A stretch of 64,000 nt of DNA, from positions 31,620,001-31,684,000 of the forward strand of contig CP158635.1 of the NCBI GenBank assembly GCA_050273025.1, given 5' to 3'. Shown one piece after another: positions 26,622 to 38,464 of this stretch (within the stretch, counting starts at the first letter, position 1; each line of letters opens with the position of its first letter). The position numbers and the translations under genes are program-made. Below the pieces are notes generated by a model. It was not told the origin of the DNA. It ran no database searches and saw nothing but the letters and a program-made list of their open reading frames with translations. Source of the DNA: Cenococcum geophilum (lineage: Eukaryota).

Positions 26622-29600
26622 CAGCGGAGATTTAAATAATCCGACGGTCAATATTATTGGCCAATATCGCTAAATTACCCAATATCGGCCAATAATTCTT
26701 GGCATTCCCCACAACCCTAAATTTCTTTTACAATATTTATTATATATACAATAAAACTAGCTTGTAATAATGAAATATCAAATTCTACACTATCTACTAG
26801 TACGGAGAGATTAAAAAATAAAAGGAACCCTAAAATCTAGTGCCATATATAAGATCCATATAACAATAAGCTAAAAAAATACCGGGATAAGCAATATATT
26901 TTATATTGTAAATACTATACGGAAGAACTATATGGCGTAAAGTATATTATAAATTTCCGGAATTATCTTATAAAGAAGTATAAGATTACCGTTTCTAAAA
27001 CTCCGGTATTGTTTATTAAGGTGCTAAAGAAAAGCTTTAAGATCTATATATACAGCTTTATATAAAATATAATTATATAAAGGTTAATTTTCTTACACTT
27101 AAAAATGCTCTTAATAAGGAGGCTATTACAGCTGCCCTTAATTCCCTTATTACCGTATAAAATCTTCCACTTTAACTTATTAAGTAGCCAAAGTTCTATA
27201 TATTTTGCCGGGACCTTAATCTAGAGGTAGAGGGTTTTATTATAATAACTTATATATAAGTAAAGAAGAGGATTAAAGAATTATAGGAATTAATAAAAGA
27301 CATTGTATAAAAGAAGCTTTAGCCAGTAATATTAAGTATTTATCTTTTAGTTAATATTTAGACCTCTCCTAATCGGCATCTTCTCCTTAGAGTTTGCGCC
27401 TACTTTATTAAGCAAAACTTAAAAGGACTCTCTAGAGCTCTCCTTACTCTTTATACGGTATAATCTTATAATAGAAAGGATTAGTTTTTAACTCTGCTTC
27501 CTATACTAAAGGACTATAAAATTATACAAAAGCTTAGTATAGTTGTTTTAGATAATGCGGGAACAAATGATACTCTTTATTGTATAATTAAAAAGTATAT
27601 AAAAGAGGAGGAAGCTATTATATAGAAATCTTTATATAAACAAATTCGTTATAATAGCTATATTATTAATTTTGCTATCTAAGCCTTTCTTTTTAAGGTT
27701 AAAGTTAAGCAGATTAATTCGTACGAAGCTAAAGATAAAGATAAATTTTTTTAAAATATAGGCGCCCTTAGAAAGCTCTATAATATTATTATATATATAC
27801 GAAGCTCTCCTGCTCGTATAAGGGCCATTAAAGAGCTAGCAGGAAGACAAATTCCACTTAATAATTATATAAGATAGAACAGCTAGTGTAAGATGTTATA
27901 GGTTGCTATTTAATATAAGCCTGCAATAGATCAATATAAAAAGAAGTACGGCTTAGATAATAATTTTCTAAATCCTATAGACTAGAAATAGCTTTATACG
28001 ATAATAGGCTTTCTTCTTGTCTTTAAGAAAGCAACTCTTATAACTTAAGGGCATAATGCAATAATCTTAGATGTACTTTTTTAAATGGACCTCCTTATGC
28101 ACTACTTTAAAAATAGCTTAGTAAGGTATATATATTTAGAGGGAGTATATATAGGCTAATATTATATAATAGGAAGATTATAAGGAGGATAAATTCTTCT
28201 ATAAGTAGATTAAGGCTAGTTGGGAGGTATTTAATAAATACTACCTAAAGTCTAATAAGTCTCCGCTATATACTGCAGCAATTATTCTTTATCTATAACG
28301 TCGTACGGAGTATATTAAAGTAAATTAGAGTAAGAAGTAGCGAAAGCCAGCGCTTAATATAGTAGAGCAACTTTAGAACGAGTATTAAAGTTAGTATTAA
28401 GGCCCCCAGCCTTTACTATAAGTATTAAGTACTATATTGTATAAAAAGGCCTTATCTAAAGAAGATCTTAATCTATATAAGCAGCTTATTAAGAACCTTA
28501 ATAAGTTTAATTGCCTAAAGAGCCAAGATAAGTATAAGAACTATATCGCCGAGAACCTACTTTATATTAAGGTTTCTCCTCTTAAATAGTAGTATTAAGA
28601 CGAGCAACGTAAGCGTTGGCTATAACTCTTATTAATAGCTATTAATATTCTATTAATTCTAGCTATAAGTAATAACTTAAAGCGGGTATTTTTAGGGGCA
28701 TATTATAAGGTTTTATAGGAGCGAGTAAAGCTTAGGGTTAATACAATTAAGATACTTAAATGCTTAAAAAATTGAAAGCAGAATTAAATAGCAATAAAAG
28801 AGTTCTGATAGAGAAGAGTTAATTATACGGATAAGAAAGGAAAAAAAAGAATACTCTAAGCTAGATGCAGAATAGAATAGAATAGAATAGATATATATAT
28901 TTCTTTATATAATACGTAATTATGCGCTCCTTCTTTATACAGTACTTTACCTTATTTAACCTCTCTTTTTCCTTTATCTTTAACCTAGCTACTACCTACT
29001 ACTATAACTAGTTCTAGCTTATCAGCTACTATTAAAACGTAAGTGTTCTGGCTTTATGCAAGCATTGCCTAAGCCTCTAGCCTTACTAATATACTCTTAA
29101 CTGCTTACATTATATAAGTGTTAAGCACTAATAAGTAAAGTAGTAGCAGCAGCACCACTACTATAACTACTACCACTACTACTACCACTACTACTACCAC
29201 TACTAGTTTATCAACTACCAATATATAAGTATTCTTACTTTATATAAGCATTGCTTAAGCCTTACCCTTTACTAATTTACCCTAATTACTTACTTTATAC
29301 GAATACTAATATATATATAGGGCCCTTATTCTCTAGAATGCCGCCACCGCCACCTAAGCCCTCACTGCCGCCGCCTAGAACCCCTAAGCCCCCGTTTTCT
29401 TTATAGGACAGTAGTAGTTAGCCCTATATATATATAGTCTATAGGGCTAAGCACTTCTAGCCCTTCCTGGGCAGGATGTGGTGTTTATACGCGGGAGCAT
29501 TTACCCATATTAGATAGGAATGCATTGTCCCTTATACGTTAACGCCATCCTTATATAATCTCGTGGAAGGGTAGTGAATTAACCTTACTAGCGGTGCCGC

Positions 29601-30185
29601 GGCGCTGTGCTAGGCCTATAACCCTTCCCATTGTACCATCGGGCTAACGGTTACTTTGGCGGTTGCTACGCTAATTATAAGTAGCCTAACTATGCTAGTT
29701 AGTATACCGTATGAGACGGGGGTAATAATATACCTGCGCTGGCCAACCGTGGCTTACCCCTAGTAGGGGGAGGGGGGTCTAGGACGGTAATAGATCCTCT
29801 CTTAATAGAGGATAATAAGCCTGGGGCTACGGCCCAAAATGTAATTGTTTTAGCTTAGGTACGTACGAATTTTCTCTCTTATATACATTAGCATATAGCT
29901 AACTATTAGGATTATTGGCAGTAACCTGTATATACCTAGCTGGTTAAGGGTGTCTCTAGCACCTAGATCTAATCTGTACCTCTACATAGTATTTAGGATA
30001 AGTAGCTATATAGCGAAACCAAACAGATTACTATGTACACAGTTATATTAGTTTAATTTATTTTAATATTGCGGATATATAATTTTCCGGTCTATATTGG
30101 CCAATAACCCAATATTAACCAATATTTTATTGGCCAATAAGCGATATTGGATCGATATTGTATTTGCTTATTTTCACCAAGCCTG
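26622..30185 (+). mobile_element. hAT DNA transposon with transposase pseudogene (~26770-28790) and a second gene
   Basis: 8-bp TSD tagataag (26614-26621, 30186-30193); CAG...CTG ends; subterminal ATATTGGCCAATA repeats at both ends; de-RIPed motifs DIWTSPN (~27355), DNAGTND (~27550), RCNGHIINL, TRWNSW, IPAMSD..ERVFS (~28655). Confidence 0.92.
28920..29990 (+). pseudogene. RIPed, intron-containing second gene in the hAT; Cys-rich DUF3716-like domain at ~29544-29711 (gene limits approximate)
   Basis: Frame from 29460 de-RIPs to ALPGQDVVFIRGSI...PSYVNAILIQSRGRVVNQPCQRCRGAVPGLQPFPLCHRADGYFGGCCANCKWPDHAGQC; intron-like segments at ~29039, ~29225-29320 and ~29859-29909. Confidence 0.65.
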
Positions 30186-30680
30186 TAGATAAGACTCTAT
30201 TAGTTAAAATAGTGCCTATTACCTAGAGATTTACCTATAAAACGGTTACTAACGGATATCTAACAAAGTTTAAGGTATAACTCTATGTAAGAGGCGATCT
30301 ATAAGAGTTAATTTATAAGGATATCTATACGGCAACTCTGGTAGCTAAGGTCTTTAGGGCTCTAGTAGCAGTTATCGCAGTATTTAATTTAGATGTTTGG
30401 TAAGGCAACGCTATTAACGCGTTTGTAAACAGTCTAATTAACGAAATAGTCTATATTAAGTATCCGGATGGATTTACTATTAAGGGCAAATATCTACTAC
30501 TACGTAGAGCTCTCTACGGACTTTAATAATTGCTACGTCTCTAGTATAACAACTTAAGTTAGGAACCAACTAAATTGAGGTTAAAGCCTGTTAGTAAAGA
30601 GCCGTATCTCTACTATAACGATTAGCTAATTATAATCTTCTATATAGATAATATCTGTACTATAAGTAATAAGGGGAACC

Positions 30681-30893
30681 TGTAAGCTTTGCAGAGTGTG
30701 GAAATGCATGAACGACTTGATTGTAAATGTAGCTCTAGAGGCTCTATATATACACGAAGAAGGTGGAGGTAATAAGACATAATGGGGTAATAGGTAGCTG
30801 AAATGGGAACGGTGATCTGCAAGCAATATTGATCTGCGATCAATATATAGGGTGGCGTTGAGGCTGTCTCGGCAGCACCCGTAGTCGGTTACA
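30681..30893. mobile_element. Solo LTR (213 bp), little RIP, inserted in RT of Copia D
   Basis: tgtaag...gttaca ends, TSD gaacc (30676-30680, 30894-30898). Confidence 0.88.
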
Positions 30894-32358
30894 GAACCAG
30901 TTAGAGCTTCTAAGCTTTAAGAATGCGTTTATAAAGAAATACGAGATAAAGGACCTAGGTAAACTATCCTAGTTCCTAGGAATTTAAGTTTTAAGAGATA
31001 GGAGTTAGAAGAAGCTATAGCTCTATTAAGACTCCTACATTAAGAAAATCGCTAATAACTTTTATTTAACTAACATACGCCTAGTTAGTACACCTATAAG
31101 TACTAATAGGCTCCTACTAAACCTAGAGGAAGCTTTAAATTAAGACACCTACGTCTACTAGAGGATAATCAGATTACTCCTTTATGCGACCTGTATTACA
31201 AGGCCTAATATAGCTCGAGCTTTAAGCAAGCTATCGGAATTCCTACGAAACCCCTCACCCCTACACGACGCCGCAGCCCGTTAAGCAATCGCCTACCTAT
31301 ATTAGACGAGGACGCTCGCGATCGAATACTTAGGACATAATATAGGGAGTCAGGTCTTTACGGGAGCAAGCAACGCAGCGTTCGGAGACAACTTAATAAG
31401 TAGATGTAGTATGGAAGGATATCTATTCACCCTATTCGGGGGACTAATTAACTGGCGCTCTACTAAGCAGACGTTAGTAATAAAGTTAAGTACTAAGGCA
31501 GAGCTTATGGCTCTGTTATATATAGGCACGGAATTAATCTAGTAGAGTCGCTTCTTTAAAGAAATCGGATTGACCTTAGATAACAGGCAAACGATTAACT
31601 GTGATAATCTACAGACGATTTAACTGCTCACGAAGGACGGAACAGAGCTATCTATGAAGCTCTAACACGTCGACATATACCACCACTGGTTATGTTAAGA
31701 AGTACGTAATGATCGAATTAGGATCAACTGGACGCCTACTGCAGCAATAGTAGCAGACGGCTTAACAAAAGCTCTGCCAAGGCAGAAGCACGAGACGTTC
31801 GTTCATCAATTAAATTTGGTTAATATCAAGGACAGGATCTAAATTGACAAAGGTAAGCGAGGAGGAAGATATGGGGTATATTTAACTCAACACCATGCCA
31901 AGACCCGCGATGCAGCTTTGACCTTTGAGGGCTCAAAGCTGGGGGGGGTGTGTCGATCCAGGTCGGATTTTGAATCGGATTTCCTTACTATCGTCTTACT
32001 ACTGTCTCGGTCTACGACTCGTTCGACGACTCGGTCACCGACGTAGTCTACTGCCCCTTCTTCCTTATGTATATATAGAGGCTATAGAGTCACATTCAAT
32101 AGACAGAGTTCTCATTCTTTTCTTACAATCGGTGCACGGACTACGGATCGACAGGAAGCCTTCAGTTTTGGCAGCGTCTGAGCTAATATTGGATGGATTT
32201 GCGTATATTTATAGAAGGCCGGATTATAAAACTTAAGACTTCGATCTCTATTTTTCGAGGCGTTTAAGCTAGACTTTTTTAAAGCGCGGGAAAGTATTTG
32301 TGTCTAAGTGTCAAATTTTCTTAACTAATCCATGCACGCCCAGTTCTGCACATTGTTC

Positions 32359-34721
32359 TTAGTAGAGACTGATCTTTTGAAGACGATATTTTCCTTTATC
32401 GAGACCCATGATTGCCTCTCCTCTTGAGAATCCTTCAATATAACACTCTCCAACTACCCGGAAGTGACAAGTACCAGCCACTGGTCTTAAAACAACCGGT
32501 AGAGAACAACTTAAAATGATATAAATGACATCATCTGGTTTAATAGTGTTTGGCGCCAGTCCGAAATGACCGGTAGTTAGGGTAATGAGCCTGCGCCCAA
32601 GGTGCCCACCTACGACTTTGGCTAGGTCGAGATAGATACGGTCCTGGGGCAATAAACATTCGACAATCTCTTGATCAAAGTAGTCTTGAAATCTCTTTCC
32701 CCCTATACGGAAACGACCTAAGCGACAACAAAATAATTCGAAGGAAAAAAAATTACCGTAAGAAAAGATAAAACCCCATCCGTCTTGGTGCATTTGTTGA
32801 AAATTCTCTTTCTGGTTATCGTCGATAGAGAACTTATGGTTCAAATCCGTTGAATAGGACTTACCGGACAGCCATGGGATATGTAACAGAGCTGCGTGTT
32901 CAGAATCACCCCAAACTGGATTAGCAAATAATGTATGTACTAGGGCACGACTAGTCGCTTTATCGTCACCATAAGGATTGTGTTGATGTTGTGGCTGGAC
33001 ATGCTCACAATTAGAGAAGGATAGAGCACCCAAGGCTGGCATATCTGAAGCCATACCATCTACCTTCCCAATAAGTACGCCTGAACAAGCCAGTATGGAG
33101 GACTTATCCAAAATTTTAAAGCGAGATTTTCGACCGCCATCTGCCCGGGACTCGCGTGATGTATTAATTATTTGATGTAGGCTACGATATGCCTTGTCAA
33201 ACTGATTGTAGCTATAGATGTGCCAGTCATGAAGTAAGCTGACCCTGTCGGGCGCTATTCGCCAGTCTGTTGCCCAGCTCGGCGTTATCATTTGTTGAAG
33301 GCTTTTCGCGAATATGACATCCAAGTCACCCGTGCACTCGATGATAGCTTTGGAAAAGGCTACAAAGACTGCTTTGGTGGGAAGGGCGCAGCCGACGTAC
33401 GGCTTCATCTTTGACGTAATGGTCACGGGCATGATCGCGAGGAGTCCAAAAACTTTGTCATGGGGCATCTTTGCCTGCGCGTTCTGGCTGAGGTTAAGAA
33501 AAAGCATCTGTAGATGCGTATATATGGTGCATTAAGCGTCTTCCAGACGTCGGCTCAACTGTTGTAATTGCTGCATAAATAATATAACCCACATGGAACT
33601 ATTGAGGGCTGTAAGGTCGGTCCTTTAAGCCCCGAGTATCGTCAGAAAACTTTTAAGGTTATACCATACGAATTTAGTAGCGAGCACGACTTCTTCAAAA
33701 CGAAACTTGCGATTGCCGCAGCCGATGGCAATGCTTTCATCACTTATTGCAAGTTCTTGCAGTATCCAGAGTCGGCACCAGTATGGCCGGCATAGCACCT
33801 TCATGAGTGCACCAAAATCCTTTCGATCAGCTTCGGTCGGTTTTACTCTGCTCTGAAGGAGATACTAGCTGCGATTAATGTCTTACGTCACTTCTGTCGC
33901 AGTTCGCTGAAGAATATCTATCCCATAATCGCTGTCGTCCTCTTCAGGCCCAAGATGGACAAAAACACCCATAGAACCCCCGTAAATGTCCTTTATTCGG
34001 AGAATCTCCCGGATTTTCTCACCTCCGTCAGCCTGGTTAATGCAGATAGCATTAGCCTAAAGTTTCGTGCACCGGAGGGTAGTGGTGGCTAAGCCCTCCG
34101 GGATGCGAATGAAATTGAGGGCAGCCTCCAAGTTTTCCATGACTCGGAAGAAGCGGCCGTTGAGGACGATCCGGTGAAAAGTTCTATTGTCATCCGAACC
34201 CTAGTAATAAGATAGAGCAATATAGTCGCCCTAAGTATAGCGGGCAGCGTTGTGCGCCTAATTAGGGACGGCTTCGTGTCCGAGCTAACTTCCTTTATCG
34301 GCGGGCCGCATTGGACGACGCGAATTTATATATTCGATCCATGCTAGCCGCGCTTTAAGTGGTCGCAGTTTCAAGTTGTAGCCGGCCTTCTTCTCCCAAT
34401 CTTTGTATTCCGCTGTGAAAGCCTCAAGGGAAACATGCTCAAGCGAGCACTGGATGGGTTCGTCTCGACGCGTCGTTAGAGGAGGAAGAACAGTGAGCAC
34501 ACGAAGTTCATTTGCAGCAAGAGGCTAGTAGTGGAATTCCTGCCGCTACGCAAACAGTTAGAGTTGCCTGTCGAAAGGACAGTACCGCCCAAGGAGGGGA
34601 AGCGTACGAAGAGCGTAGACCAGTGTGCAACAAAATAGACTTTAAGAACAATGATGCTCTCGAAGCAATTATGGAGCAGAGCCTGGACAATTTTGCTAAA
34701 CGAAACCAGCAAGGAAGGCAT
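32359..34721 (-). pseudogene. HET-domain (het-6-like) heterokaryon incompatibility gene with RIP-type premature stops; predicted exons 34721-34608 and 34545-32359
   Basis: One frame throughout exon 2: Y*PLAANELRVLTVLP, RYT*GDYIALSYY*GS, KL*ANAICINQ, RPYWCRLWILQELA, and a C-terminal GRRLITLTTGHFGLAP...VVLRP...VVGECYIEG; 62-nt intron GTACGC...CTAAC...TAG in phase 0; at least 9 in-frame TAG/TAA codons. Confidence 0.88.
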
Positions 34722-35334
34722 GACAACACCGCAGGCCCCAGCGCCAGACAAAGCGGGAGGTTAGTTGGTTCCATAGAAGACGGAATACCCGGTCGTTCCT
34801 GAAACAAAGACAGTGAGGTACGGAGATACTCCGGAAAAGCGTGGATGCAGATCGATCTTATCACACTAAAGGGTGGGCCTACCATAAGCGCTAACGCACA
34901 ATCCCTGCATGGGGCAGCCTCAGCCGAAAATATAAGATTATTTAGTTAACCGAGTCTAAATTACTTATCCTGTTATATAACTTACCTTATAGCTTTAAAA
35001 TAGAACTAACTATTATAGGTAACTAGTTATAATATATTCTAATTACAATAAATTTATTTAATAATTACTAGCTACTAGATTTCTTTAATAATAATAAAAA
35101 TAAGTTTAAAATTAATTTAAAAGATAGTATTTTTAAGTTAAAAGATAATATATTAGAAAAGTGTTAAATATAGCCACAAAATTAAATTAAGGTAAGTTTT
35201 TAATATATTCTAAATATATTTAACCTAAAGTTCCTTATATTATATTTCTTACTAAGATATTTATTAATTCTCTTACTATACTTAGAATTAAGGATTACCC
35301 AAGCCCCTTAAAGTGCCTATAGACGCTAAATAAA

Positions 35335-35907
35335 GGTTACGGTGATGTGCACAACCAGCTTCCACCCCCCTCTGAAAAAAATATTATTTCGCTTCGGTAC
35401 GCGGGCTCGCTAGCAATCGTAGCGAACGCCCATGCTTGGCTGCAAGAACTTTACTTCTGGCAGAGGTCGCGATCGGCCGCAGTGTCATGATCTTTGTCAA
35501 ATATCGTGCACGAGGTTTCACCCGTACGATATCACCAAATTTCATCGGCAATTGCAGGAACAGCTTTGAATTCGCGTTTTGGCGGCCACAGCGGGGGGGC
35601 GCAGTTAAGGGGAGGGGAGGGCGCGTACGTCCCCCCTGGGGGTGCAGCTGAGCGTGGTCCGGAGAAAGTTGAACGTGGGGTCGGCGGAAGCTGGGGCTCA
35701 CAGCTCGGCGTGGTCCACAAAAAACTCGGCGTGGTCCAAAAGTTTAACGTGGTCCGAACTTGCGGGGTACAGCTAAGCGTGGTCCGGAAAAAGTTGATCG
35801 TGGTCGCCGATAGGGGTCGGCGAAAGCTAAGCGTGGTCACCGATGGAACGCCGGGAAAAGGTCGGCGGTACTCAACTTTTACCCATACAGAACGCGCATC
35901 AGTAGCC
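35335..35907. other. GC-rich, un-RIPed island with 8 copies of an AGYTNRRCGTGGTCC-like motif (35646-35840); possible transposon end or regulatory region
   Basis: Sharp composition change against AT-rich RIPed flanks; motif copies at ~35646, 35667, 35702, 35722, 35741, 35771, 35792, 35825. Confidence 0.5.
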
Positions 35908-36057
35908 ACATTTAACCTAAGCGACCACACAAACCAAAATATCTAGAGCATATACTACGTATATATATATATATACGCGTATTTATACGTCCCTTACTAT
36001 ACTAATAATAAGTAAAAACTATACTAAAGTAAACGAGAGTATAGTAGGGTGGTTAAA

Positions 36058-36157
36058 TGTAACGTGTCTCGCCTCACGTCGCCATACGGCCAAAAAGACT
36101 GAGAGTGCTTGCGAACTTGTCGCAAGCGCGGTGGGATCTAATATATGTACTCTTACA
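36058..36157. mobile_element. Very short (100 bp) solo-LTR-like insertion
   Basis: tgtaacg...tcttaca ends with 5-bp TSD ttaaa; internal palindrome gcttgcga-acttg-tcgcaagc. Confidence 0.65.
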
Positions 36158-36412
36158 TTAAATGGCCTACTAGTTAGTATCTATAACTATATACTATGTA
36201 TATACTAAGTATACGCAAATACCTTAGATTGTACCTAATATTAAATATAAAGACGATGGTTCTAAAGATAATATAATTAGTAAAGAAAGTATTAAAGATA
36301 AGAAGGATAAGGGGGATAAGGAGGTTAAGGGTTAAGATAGTATATAATAGCGGCTTCTATTTTATATAGGTCTCTTTAAGGTAAGACTCTATACGGCTTT
36401 ATATATAGGCTA

Positions 36413-38464
36413 TAGTAAAAACTAGTTAGTACGATACGCTTTATACGGCCAAGCGTATCATTATATTAAGGGTATCGTTGTATTTAATATTTGTATGTTA
36501 AATACACTAAAAGCTATAATTAGGTAATGATATCTTATATTTACATACCTGACGTTAAAATTAAGCGATTTGCTACACTAAAATAAGTTATAATTGTCTT
36601 TTGTTTGGTATTGCGAGCTCGTTGGCTTTAAATTCAACGTTCGTGCCTTATAAGAGCCGAAATTAAGTCTCTCTTACTATCTTCCTGTTGTTCCTCGTAG
36701 AGACGAAGCTTTTGTAAGGCTTATAAGGCCTTATTAAGCTTTATTTAAGGTTATTCGGAGCTATTCTTATCCGTTTCTACATCGCGATCGGGCCCTGCGT
36801 AGAGCTCTACTACTTGCTTAATAAGATCCTCAGCTAAATCCTCTACTTCCTCACCTAGAAGCTTAATAAAATCCCGAATATTTATAACGTCACGAATTCT
36901 TCCTGCCGTATACAACTATTCTGCCATCTACTGCATCTTATCTAAAAGGGGAGGATCTAAATAGTCGCGAGGGCGACGCTACGGGCCTTCTTTAAAACTA
37001 AATAAGGTAGATTTAATAAAGCAGCCCTTAATCGTCTATGGTATAACTTCCTTCTAAGCAGCAATTGCCTATTAAATCGCTTAAAGGACGTGTATCTGCT
37101 TAATTAAATCTTGGTTTTCTAAAGTATATTCTACTATAAACTATAACTAATATCATTAGTAGAGAGCCTTAAAGTTAGCAATTATTCCTTAATTAAGTGG
37201 CTAGTAAACTAAGGTGCAATTAGGAGGAAGGAACTTAACTTTTATATTCTTTAAAGATCCGTTTTTAAGAGCCGTTTAAACAGCTGCTTTATAAGCGCTA
37301 AAGCCGTTAATTAGTAGAAGGACCTTCCTATTCTATATCCTTTTGTTAAATTAAGTAAGCCACTTAAGTATAATTACGGTTATTATCTAAGCCTTCTTAT
37401 TATGCCTCTAATGTATATTTAGTAAATTAATACTAACGCGAGCTTGCATAAAGCAACGTGGCCGCATTAAGGCATTAATAATCTAGAGAGGAATCTTATC
37501 GGAGCTATCTGCGTTAGAGCAATTAGTAAGAGATAGCTTTACCTTCTGCCTTTTAGTTCCTAATTGCGACTTAGTAGCTAGTGTAGTATCTAGTATAGCC
37601 TTTCAAAATAGCCCTATCTTATCTATATTATATATATCCTTTAAAGGATAAGGCGCGATAATTATATAAAGCTCTATTATGCGATCTTTGGCGCCTTCCG
37701 TATTAACTAACGCAGCCTTACTATATTGCTTTCTCTTACAAATTCCATTGCGAGATTTAAAACCTTCTAATCAGCTAATTAACTACTTAGGCTCTAGTAA
37801 CTCAACCAATATAGGTATATAACTCCATAATTAAAAGGCGGCAGTATAAATAATATCGCTAGTAATAGGAATGCGAGAGTTCTATAGGCGTTAGTGCTAC
37901 TTAAAGAGTGCCTCCTCTAAGAGAGGTTACTCGGCGTCTCTCTTACGCTTATATACACCTTACCTATAACAAACTTTAGTTAAATCTAGGTAGTTAAACT
38001 TATCGCTAAGTATTTTAGATATTAAGGATTAATTAAACTTATAGCGGAAGGCGTCGGTAGCCTAATTTGTAAGTTGCCTCTGCATAAGGTGAGGATGTTT
38101 ATTGTAGTAGATACGAATCTTCTAACGCTTATAGTTAGAAATACCGTAACAACGACGCCTTTTAAGATTTTAATGCCGCGCTATATTAAAGAGGTAGAAT
38201 TAAGTATAGAGAGTAAGATCTAAGGGTAATTTTAATAGAATTTAATTATTATGTAATGGATTTAATTGCTAAACTAGTGGTGAGGAAAGGCCAAATCTGC
38301 TTTATAAAATACTGGCTATACTAATTTTAGTAGAGGGAACTTAACAATATTATTAAAAGTTAGAATATCGTAATATTACACCAAAAATAATTTAATTAAG
38401 GGGTGTAGATTGTAATATAGAGTATATTGTTATAATCAGATATCGTACTAACTAGTTTTTACTA
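36413..38464 (-). mobile_element. pogo/Tigger-like (Tc1/mariner superfamily, CENP-B HTH + DDE_1) transposon with RIPed transposase (~36600-38184)
   Basis: 24-bp TIR tagtaaaaactagttagtacgata / tatcgtactaactagtttttacta, TA TSD; de-RIPed YNMDETGLFW (~37605-37635), LLMDGFSAH (~37295), PPNCTSVYQPLDQGII (~37180-37225). Confidence 0.92.

Larger units (their letters stand above)
23169..32153 (+). mobile_element. Ty1/Copia element D (LTRs 23169-23377 and 31951-32153), containing a hAT and a solo LTR
   Basis: LTR pair TG...CA, TSD ggaag; gttataagccc (RIPed GGTTATGAGCCC-type PBS) after the 5' LTR; order integrase (H.RLGH ~25075) then RT then RNase H (ADGLTKAL ~31755); PPT ggggggggtg. Confidence 0.95.

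Noticed and set aside
30626..32236. ORFs at 30626-30843 and 31925-32236
   Set aside because: They coincide with LTR sequences.
32359..33507. 382-aa ORF as a complete intact gene
   Set aside because: It is the in-frame C-terminal remnant of the longer HET gene whose HET domain lies upstream.
34476..34885. Short ORFs of 91-125 aa as independent genes
   Set aside because: They overlap exon 1/intron of the HET pseudogene; the 34476-34751 frame is exon 1 read through the intron.
35384..35946. Four overlapping ORFs on both strands
   Set aside because: A by-product of high GC and repeats; no recognisable domain.
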